A stretch of 64,000 nucleotides of DNA from a virus, in the IMG/VR virus record IMGVR_UViG_3300042937_001707, positions 1-64,000 of that record; one strand, given 5' to 3'. Shown piece by piece: positions 1 through 7,008 of the stretch (its first letter is position 1; each line of letters begins with the position of its first letter). The notes under the pieces are model-generated. The model had not been told where the DNA came from and made no database searches. It worked only from the letters and a program-made list of their open reading frames with translations. Position numbers and translations under genes: made by a program.

Positions 1-681
1 TTATTGAGTGTCTCTTACAGTTTTAATTGCCCTTAATACTGCTTCTTTGTGAGTTTTGTGTTTGAATGGGGTTTCAATCGGGGATAATTTGCCATTCTTT
101 ACAATATGTGGCGTATGAGAGTCTTCTGTAGAAACTACTGTAGCAACCTTTTTCCTTTTACCGTCTTGAGTTTTATGGAAAATGTGGGTAACTTCTGAAG
201 AACCGCCATGTTCTGACGTATCTCCTTTTTCAGATTCCAATTTTCCTTCTGGATGTATAGAAGTATCAAGTTTTGTTTCTACTTCTTTTTTTACCTTTTC
301 TTTTGGAGCGGGTTTTTCCTGTTTTGGTTTTTGTTGAGGAATTACTGGCTTACCAATTTTCGCCAACAAACTTTCAGCAGTTCTTTTGACATAAGGAGAA
401 GGAGAATCTGCGTGATGGGAAAGAAAACGATCCAATATAGAATGATCGTGTCCGGAGTTTTTTACATATTCCTTACCGAGGGAATGAAATCCTTCTTCTT
501 TAGAAGAATGCCTTTTGTGCAATTCTTTTAGTATTGCGGCTTTTCTATCAGCCCAGTGATCAGACGCTTTATCGTTTGGGTCTGCGTGGGTTTCCAGATG
601 TTTGAATAAATCTTCGTGCGAGAGGGATTTTGCGAAATCAGAATGTACGCCTTCTTCAAGAAATCTTTTAAACGATATCAT
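1..681 (-). CDS. Hypothetical His-rich protein, possible internal head protein
   Basis: 226-aa ORF; N-terminus MISFKRFLEE resembles T4 internal-protein capsid-targeting peptides; TATAAATA 21 nt upstream. Confidence 0.5.
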   Translation of the reverse strand: MISFKRFLEEGVHSDFAKSLSHEDLFKHLETHADPNDKASDHWADRKAAILKELHKRHSSKEEGFHSLGKEYVKNSGHDHSILDRFLSHHADSPSPYVKRTAESLLAKIGKPVIPQQKPKQEKPAPKEKVKKEVETKLDTSIHPEGKLESEKGDTSEHGGSSEVTHIFHKTQDGKRKKVATVVSTEDSHTPHIVKNGKLSPIETPFKHKTHKEAVLRAIKTVRDTQ

Positions 682-701
682 TTATGTATCCTAAATAGAA
701 G

Positions 702-709
702 TATTTATA
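702..709 (-). promoter_or_regulatory. T4-type late promoter TATAAATA
   Basis: Exact consensus on the minus strand upstream of ORF 1..681. Confidence 0.7.
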
Positions 710-877
710 ATTATGATAAATAAATTTATTTACTTTTTCAAATTTTAGAGGTATGCTAAGTTTGCGACAGTTACTGAATCTGATTTTATTAGAGATAAAC
801 AGATTAAATAAACTTTCTTATATTGTCTATAATCCTAGATATAGAATATTAATGATAACATTGATTAATAATATAAT

Positions 878-1444
878 ATGAACATTTTTGCTTTAGACGA
901 CAACCCCAAAATTGCAGCACAATACCACAACAACGCTCATTGCGTAAAAATGATTTTGGAGTGTTCGCAGTTGCTTTGTACGGCTCATAGGGTCTTGGAT
1001 GGTAAAGAAGTTATCGAGAAAACTGCTTCTGGTAGAAATATTAAACGTTGGAAATTAGAGGACGAAAGAGATGTTAAATTGTATAAATCAACTCATATTT
1101 CACACCCTTCTGCTATTTGGTGTAGGCAATCTGACAGCAATTATAGATACCTCTACGACTTATTGGTTGAACTCTGTAAGGAATACACATTTCGATATGG
1201 AAAAATTCATAAATGTGAGTCTTCTGGATTAGTTTCGTTTTTAGAAACCCAACCAAAAAATATTCCAATTGGCGAGTTTATTCAAGTAACTCCAGCGATG
1301 CCAGAAGAATATAAGATACAAAATGATTCGGTAGCTTCATATAGAAACTATTATAACAAATCAAAACAACATCTTGCGTCTTGGGTGGGAAAGGTAAATT
1401 CAAGACCAATTCCAGAATGGTTTGTTTTGGAGAATCCTTCATGA
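878..1444 (+). CDS. Pyrimidine dimer DNA glycosylase / endonuclease V (DenV-like) family protein
   Basis: MNIFxLD..P...A..H...H.VKMILE..QLL.TAH, H..HP...W and C.EYT.RYGK.H motifs. Confidence 0.8.
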   Translation: MNIFALDDNPKIAAQYHNNAHCVKMILECSQLLCTAHRVLDGKEVIEKTASGRNIKRWKLEDERDVKLYKSTHISHPSAIWCRQSDSNYRYLYDLLVELCKEYTFRYGKIHKCESSGLVSFLETQPKNIPIGEFIQVTPAMPEEYKIQNDSVASYRNYYNKSKQHLASWVGKVNSRPIPEWFVLENPS

Positions 1445-1758
1445 CTAAAAAGTTTACCTACGAGGGTTCTAATAAATTTTGTAAATCTATCTATTTGTTG
1501 GGGTTGTCTGTTGCCCAACTAGGGGGTTTAGTTTTTACGCTTACTGTTATTTGCGCTATATATTTCTTTGTTGACGCCTTTTTTATTACCAAAAATTTAG
1601 ACATATTTACTGATAAATTAATATTTTTTGGGTTTGGAGCGGTTTTTTTCATCGCTACTGAAATTTTGGGGAATTCTCTGATAAGTCTATCCCAATTTAT
1701 AAATTGGTGGGATAGAGGGAGCGTTAATACCAAAATCACTAGGAACGTAAGAAAATAA
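1441..1758 (+). CDS. Small membrane protein (two predicted TM helices)
   Basis: ATG at 1441 overlaps the upstream stop (ATGA); two hydrophobic stretches. Confidence 0.55.
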   Translation: MTKKFTYEGSNKFCKSIYLLGLSVAQLGGLVFTLTVICAIYFFVDAFFITKNLDIFTDKLIFFGFGAVFFIATEILGNSLISLSQFINWWDRGSVNTKITRNVRK

Positions 1759-1788
1759 ATAGTAGACAAACATTTTTAGGTAATCATT

Positions 1789-2034
1789 ATGTGTCCAATT
1801 TATGACGTAAGAGATAAAAAAACTGGAGAAGTAACCGAAATGGTTATGACTATTTCTCAGTGGGAAGAATTCAAGAAAAATAATCCAGATAAAGAACAAC
1901 ATTTTTCAACTTTGAATTTTGCTGATTCTGTATCTTTGGGAATTAAGAAACCACCATCGGATTTTAAGGAAGGAGTAATCGACAGAATTAAGAAAAATAA
2001 CCCGGGAAATCAAATGACTTCTCGGTGGGATTAA
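1789..2034 (+). CDS. Conserved small T4-like phage protein (FmdB-like N-terminus)
   Basis: P.Y.....TGE..E...TI..WEEF...NP pattern; position just upstream of phoH is typical of cyanophage-like myoviruses. Confidence 0.6.
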   Translation: MCPIYDVRDKKTGEVTEMVMTISQWEEFKKNNPDKEQHFSTLNFADSVSLGIKKPPSDFKEGVIDRIKKNNPGNQMTSRWD

Positions 2035-2091
2035 TTAAAATTATGATAAATTCTTGATAATAATGGATGTTTTGACAATTTTTTAGTCAGT

Positions 2092-2126
2092 AGGGAATAG
2101 GGTCTAGTGCCTTATTCCCTTTTTTT
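2092..2126 (+). terminator. Rho-independent terminator
   Basis: Stem AGGGAATAGGG / CCTTATTCCCT followed by a T run. Confidence 0.7.
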
Positions 2127-2144
2127 ATTTTAAAGGAATAATCT

Positions 2145-2915
2145 ATGGCAATCAGACCAGTCAAGAAAGCAAACACAAAATTTCTAAAGAGTCATGAAAT
2201 AGATGAAGCAGATAAAGTTTCTTTTATTAAAAAGGCGAAGAAAAAACCAAACGCGGGTTTATCTAACCTACAATTGAAAGAAATACACCCATTAACCGAA
2301 AATCAAGGAAAAGTTTTTTCTGCTTATGCTGAAGAAAAGAATTTAGTATGTTCGGGTTCTGCGGGAACGGGAAAAACTTTTTGTTTATTGTATTTAATGC
2401 TGCAAGAGTTAGTATATAACAACGAATACGAAAAGATTTTAATTGTTCGTTCTGCTGTCCCAACAAGAAACATAGGATTTTTACCTGGGACGGAAGATGA
2501 AAAATTAGCGATTTACGAAACAACATACAAAAGTATATGTAATGATCTATTTGGAAGAGCAGACGCGTATGAAATCTTGAAGAAGAAAGATCTTATAGAA
2601 TTCGTATCTACTTCTTATATCAGAGGAACTACTTTTGATAATGTTTTAATATTAGTTGATGAAATGCAAAATTGCATATTTCACGAATTAGATAGTGTTA
2701 TCACTCGTTGCGGTAAAAATAGTAGGATATTCTTTTCTGGAGATATGGTCCAATCAGATTTTGACGGAAGGAAAGAAACTAGCGGATTCTTAGATTTTAT
2801 AAAAATTATTAAAAATATGGATTCGTTTTCAATTACAAATTTTACAATAGAAGATTGCGTTCGCAGCGGTCTTGTCCGCGAATATTTAACCGTAAAAGAA
2901 AAATGCGGTTTATAG
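2145..2915 (+). CDS. phoH: PhoH-family ATPase
   Basis: Walker A GSAGTGKT, IGFLPG, RGTTF, DEMQN, GD..QSD and VRSGLV motifs. Confidence 0.93.
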   Translation: MAIRPVKKANTKFLKSHEIDEADKVSFIKKAKKKPNAGLSNLQLKEIHPLTENQGKVFSAYAEEKNLVCSGSAGTGKTFCLLYLMLQELVYNNEYEKILIVRSAVPTRNIGFLPGTEDEKLAIYETTYKSICNDLFGRADAYEILKKKDLIEFVSTSYIRGTTFDNVLILVDEMQNCIFHELDSVITRCGKNSRIFFSGDMVQSDFDGRKETSGFLDFIKIIKNMDSFSITNFTIEDCVRSGLVREYLTVKEKCGL

Positions 2916-3665
2916 ATATTTACATTTAAATTGTTTATGATGTTTTCTTTCGCCTTTTGCGACTGCGATCATACATCCAATATTTAAATTTTGATTTTGA
3001 CAAAATGTAGATAAATTTTTTATTTTTTGAATTTCCCCATCAGGAAAGGTTATTATATAAGACTTTTCCTTTTGGGATTTTACAAATTCTTTAAGTTTAA
3101 TTTTCTTTTCTAATATTATTTGATTTGACGGTTTGTGTCCGAAGTATAATTCTTTATGGAAACATTGCCAATTTTTATGCAATAGTCCCCTACCATTAGC
3201 AACACAACGCATCCCTGATTCTGTTAATTTATATTTTTTACAAAATAAACTTAGATTTTTGATTTCAAAAATTTCATCTTCTGGAGAAACGCAAATATAT
3301 TCTTTTGAATTTTTCTCGGAAAGTATTTGTTTTTTCTTTGGAGAAATAATGTCTCCAGTGGTATCAAAAGTTTTTCCTCCATTGTGTTTGTTTAAAAATA
3401 GTGGATGATTTTTAGCATCTATTTTTGTTAAATAATTTTCTTCGAAATCGGAACATGATTTTGGGTTATTTGGAAACATTTTATGAATTTTAATAATATC
3501 TGGTTCTCCATATTCTTCTCTAAAGGTTTTCACATATTTAGAAGAAGTAAAATAAGATTCCCATAAAACTTTTGGGTGACATCCTTTGGCAGTTTTCCTA
3601 CCATAATAGAATTTTTTATGTTCAGACCAACCAATAATGTAGGTAAAAGGAATATAAATATTCAT
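2910..3665 (-). mobile_element. Free-standing GIY-YIG (Seg-like) homing endonuclease with two C-terminal HTH-like repeats
   Basis: FTY..YYG.K, YFTSS, conserved E and FLNK motifs; two repeats of Y....P.......I.NLS.FC....L....M..VA.G....HK...C; inverted relative to its neighbours. Confidence 0.75.
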
Positions 3666-3732
3666 GCTGACATGCTCCGTAAAGTTTAAATGTTAGGGTA
3701 GGTGGGGAGGTGAGATTCCCGCGACCTACGTT

Positions 3733-3740
3733 TATTTATA
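3733..3740 (-). promoter_or_regulatory. T4-type late promoter for the homing endonuclease
   Basis: TATAAATA on the minus strand 68 nt upstream of the ATG. Confidence 0.65.
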
Positions 3741-3763
3741 ATAAAAATATTTAACGGAGAAAT

Positions 3764-4003
3764 ATGAACAGAGCGGAAAGACGACATAACACCAAAAGAA
3801 TTATTCAAAAAAGAAAGAATATATTAGGTGCAAATTGGAATCCAAAGTATAATAATGAACCTCATCGTTTATCTAAGATGAATGGCGTGAATTGCGGAAA
3901 TCCAAAATGTCTCTTCTGCTCTAATCCTAGAAAAGTGTGGAACGAAAAAACTATACACGAAAAGTCTTTTTATCAGAGAGAACTTATTGAAGATGAAATT
4001 TAA
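3764..4003 (+). CDS. Small basic hypothetical protein with Cys cluster
   Basis: SD GGAG before ATG; H...CGNPKC..C.NPRK motif. Confidence 0.65.
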   Translation: MNRAERRHNTKRIIQKRKNILGANWNPKYNNEPHRLSKMNGVNCGNPKCLFCSNPRKVWNEKTIHEKSFYQRELIEDEI

Positions 4004-4655
4004 TCATGTAAATCCGACAGAATTGTTGGAATTGAATACCGAAAATTTAAACGGTAAAAGGCACTATTTGACGCCAAACGGAAAATATCCGTCAATAACT
4101 AGTGTGTTGGGATCGTTTCCAAATCGCGCTCTGTTTGAATGGCGTAAAAGAGTTGGCGAAGCAGAGGCGAATAGAGTCTCTGCTGTCGCTTCTTCTAGGG
4201 GAACAAAATTTCACCTACTTTGCGAAAAATATCTATCTAATGAAGAAATAGATAAAAAGCAATTTATGCCAGACGCATTGAATTCTTTTTACGAATTCAA
4301 AGGTATTTTGCATAGGATATCTGATATTCATAAATTAGAAGTTCCTTTATATTCTAATAAATTGAAGGTTGCCGGAAGGTGCGATTGCATAGCAAATTTT
4401 GATAATAGACTTTCAATAATTGACTTTAAGACGAGTAAAAAAGAAAAAAGAGAAGATTGGATTCAGGATTATTTTATTCAAGCTACATTTTATTCAATGT
4501 CGTATTTTGAGTTGACGGGGATTCAAGCAAAACAAATAGCAATTCTAGTTTCGGTTGATGATGGCGACGATCAAGCCTTTATTAAAGAAGTTAAAGACTA
4601 TATCCCTTCCACGATATCTAAAATCAAAGAATATTATAGATATTATCATATATAA
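3993..4655 (+). CDS. PD-(D/E)XK (Cas4-like) exonuclease
   Basis: YPSITSVL, W..RVG..EA, RGT..H..CE, AGR.DC and IIDFKTS..K motifs. Confidence 0.85.
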   Translation: MKFNHVNPTELLELNTENLNGKRHYLTPNGKYPSITSVLGSFPNRALFEWRKRVGEAEANRVSAVASSRGTKFHLLCEKYLSNEEIDKKQFMPDALNSFYEFKGILHRISDIHKLEVPLYSNKLKVAGRCDCIANFDNRLSIIDFKTSKKEKREDWIQDYFIQATFYSMSYFELTGIQAKQIAILVSVDDGDDQAFIKEVKDYIPSTISKIKEYYRYYHI

Positions 4656-4658
4656 ATA
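4651..4658 (+). promoter_or_regulatory. T4-type late promoter upstream of rlpA
   Basis: Exact TATAAATA. Confidence 0.65.
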
Positions 4659-4787
4659 AAAAACCAACCTTTACTTTTCGAGTAAAGCGAGGTAAACTAT
4701 TCTTTTAACCGATGAGGTTACTTTTTAAAGTAGTCAAAAATCATCAAATTCAAGGTTGATTTATTTCAACTGTAGAGGAGAAAAATA

Positions 4788-5126
4788 ATGATGAAATTAT
4801 TTTCAATTGTACTTTTAATGTTCATAACTTCCGAAGTTTCTTTAGCTCAAACTGGTACTGCTTCCTGGTATGGTCCGGGGTTCCACGGAAAGAAAACTGC
4901 TTCTGGAAAACCTTTTAACTCTCGCGCGTTTACTGCAGCACATAAAAATATTGCGTTTGGGTCTAAGGTTAAAGTTACGAACCTTAAAAATAAAAAGTCA
5001 GTACTTGTGACAATCACTGATAGGGGACCATTTGTTCGCGGTCGTATTATTGATTTATCACAAGCCGCTAAAAATGCTATTGGTATGGGTGGAACTGCTC
5101 CGGTTTCGCTTCAAGTGGTGAAATAA
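4788..5126 (+). CDS. rlpA: RlpA-like lytic transglycosylase (DPBB) with signal peptide
   Basis: GTASWYG..FHG..TASG, TAAH, V.I.DRGPF..GRIIDLS motifs; hydrophobic N-terminus ending SLA. Confidence 0.9.
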   Translation: MMKLFSIVLLMFITSEVSLAQTGTASWYGPGFHGKKTASGKPFNSRAFTAAHKNIAFGSKVKVTNLKNKKSVLVTITDRGPFVRGRIIDLSQAAKNAIGMGGTAPVSLQVVK

Positions 5127-5136
5127 ATGTAATAAC

Positions 5137-5164
5137 GGGATCCTCTTTTGGGGATCCCACTTTT
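5137..5164 (+). terminator. Rho-independent terminator after rlpA
   Basis: GGGATCCTC-TTTT-GGGGATCCC stem then ACTTTT. Confidence 0.6.
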
Positions 5165-5175
5165 AAGGAAAAATT

Positions 5176-5403
5176 ATGGTGTCTCCGAAAGTAGAAGAAA
5201 AGGAAAAATTCTCAAAACATATTATTTCCTTAGTAGAAAGGGATAATATTTCTTATATAGATGCAATTACCGAATATTGTGAAACTATTGGTCTAGAAAT
5301 AGAAATTGCTGCAAAATTAATCACCCCTTCTATTGTTTCTAAGATTTCTGAGGAAGCAATGAGAAGTAACCTTATTGAAAAAAGTCCAGTATTGCCGATA
5401 TAA
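5176..5403 (+). CDS. gp33: Late promoter transcription coactivator gp33
   Basis: YIDAI..YCE...E.E...KLI......KI..EA...N pattern; gp33-59-32 synteny. Confidence 0.82.
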   Translation: MVSPKVEEKEKFSKHIISLVERDNISYIDAITEYCETIGLEIEIAAKLITPSIVSKISEEAMRSNLIEKSPVLPI

Positions 5404-5984
5404 TGAATGGAAATGATGCTGCTAATTTATATAATGCTATAAAATTACATTTCACTTCTGAAAAATATAATGCTATAACCTATAGGTTTAAGACCAAATC
5501 TAAATTCGTACCAGAAAATCAATTTTTTATATTCCAAAAACTTGGAAAAATGTATGGTGACGATTTAATTCATTATTACGTCTCAAATTTATCAGAAAAC
5601 CCCAAACTTTGGGTGATGGATTTATTATCTGACGATTGCGAAACCAGATATAAAAGTTGGAAAAAACGAAACGATTCTCTTTCTTATGTTTATAAAAACG
5701 AAATAGGAACTTTATTGGATGAGTATCCTTTAAACGAATTGATACTTGTTAAGGGAACGTATCCGTTGTTGATGGTAAAAACTATGCAAGAAATCGTAAG
5801 TTTGGATACTTTACTTTTGACTGATTCTATATTACAATTTTTTAATGTCTGGAATATGAAAATAAAAGAAAGAATAGTTTGGGAACCTTTTAGGATGAAA
5901 TGTGATAAGTATAGATCGTTTATGAATATAGATCTCCCAAAGTTTAAGAATATATTGAAAGAGGAGGTAAAATGTCGTAGCTAA
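5403..5984 (+). CDS. gp59: Helicase loader gp59
   Basis: Y.AIKLHFT...Y N-terminal motif; synteny. Confidence 0.82.
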   Translation: MNGNDAANLYNAIKLHFTSEKYNAITYRFKTKSKFVPENQFFIFQKLGKMYGDDLIHYYVSNLSENPKLWVMDLLSDDCETRYKSWKKRNDSLSYVYKNEIGTLLDEYPLNELILVKGTYPLLMVKTMQEIVSLDTLLLTDSILQFFNVWNMKIKERIVWEPFRMKCDKYRSFMNIDLPKFKNILKEEVKCRS

Positions 5985-6058
5985 ATAGTTCTATATTATG
6001 ATTATTTGGATAAGATTGTTTTTAAGTTGTATTAAGTTTGTATAAAGAGGTAAAAAAT

Positions 6059-6973
6059 ATGTCTAGTTTTGCTAATCTAAAGAGATCCTCAGGATCTAGT
6101 CTCGAAAAACTCTCCAAGGCGGTAGAATCACTAAATTCTTCTTCTTATAATGATGGCGAAGATGTTTATTGGAAGTGTGAAACCGATAAAACAGGTAATG
6201 GTTATGCCGTAATCAGATTCCTTCCAGCTTCTTCTCAAGACGGTGATGACGCTATTCCATTCGTAAAGTATTACGATCACGGGTTTCAAGGTCCAGGTGG
6301 TTGGTATATCGAAAAGTCCCTAACAACCATTGGACAAAACGATCCAGTTTCTGAACATAATAGTTCTTTGTGGAATTCTGGTATTGAGGCAAATAAAGAA
6401 GTTGCTCGTAAACAGAAGCGTCGCCTACATTATGTTTCTAACATTTATGTTGTAAAGGACCCAAAGCATCCAGAAAACGAAGGTAAGATTTTCCTTTTCC
6501 GTTATGGTAAGAAGATTATGGAAAAGATTACTACAGCAATGAATCCTCAGTTTGAGGACGATAAACCATTTGATCCTTTTGATTTTTGGTCTGGCGCTAA
6601 TTTCAAGTTGAAGATTCGTAAGGTTGATGGTTATCAGAATTATGACCTTTCGGAATTTGATTCTACTGGTCCATTATTTGATGATGATGATAAAATGGAA
6701 TCGGTTTGGAAGGCAGAACATTCCTTGAAGGAAGTAATTGATCCAAAGAATTTTAAAACTTATGACGAACTAAAGTCTAAGTTGGACAGAGTTCTTGGTA
6801 ATACTTCTACTGGTCGCAGTGGTCCTACCACAGTAGAACGTGCCAGAGCAATGAAACCAGAACCAAAAGTAGATGAATCCAACGAAGTATTCTCATCCAG
6901 TTCGTCAGTAGATATTGACGAAACAGACGAAGATTTGGATTATTTCAGTAAACTGCTCTCAGACGAAGAGTAA
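6059..6973 (+). CDS. gp32: Single-stranded DNA-binding protein gp32
   Basis: GNGYAVIRFLP, HGFQGPGGWYIE, FDFW.GANFKLKIR, acidic tail; start moved to ATG 6059 behind GAGG. Confidence 0.96.
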   Translation: MSSFANLKRSSGSSLEKLSKAVESLNSSSYNDGEDVYWKCETDKTGNGYAVIRFLPASSQDGDDAIPFVKYYDHGFQGPGGWYIEKSLTTIGQNDPVSEHNSSLWNSGIEANKEVARKQKRRLHYVSNIYVVKDPKHPENEGKIFLFRYGKKIMEKITTAMNPQFEDDKPFDPFDFWSGANFKLKIRKVDGYQNYDLSEFDSTGPLFDDDDKMESVWKAEHSLKEVIDPKNFKTYDELKSKLDRVLGNTSTGRSGPTTVERARAMKPEPKVDESNEVFSSSSSVDIDETDEDLDYFSKLLSDEE

Positions 6974-6981
6974 GGATTATC

Positions 6982-7008
6982 GGGGAGGGTAAAACCTCCC
7001 CATTTTTA
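6982..7008 (+). terminator. Terminator between convergent gp32 and tape-measure-like gene
   Basis: GGGGAGG-GTAAAA-CCTCCCC then ATTTTT. Confidence 0.75.
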
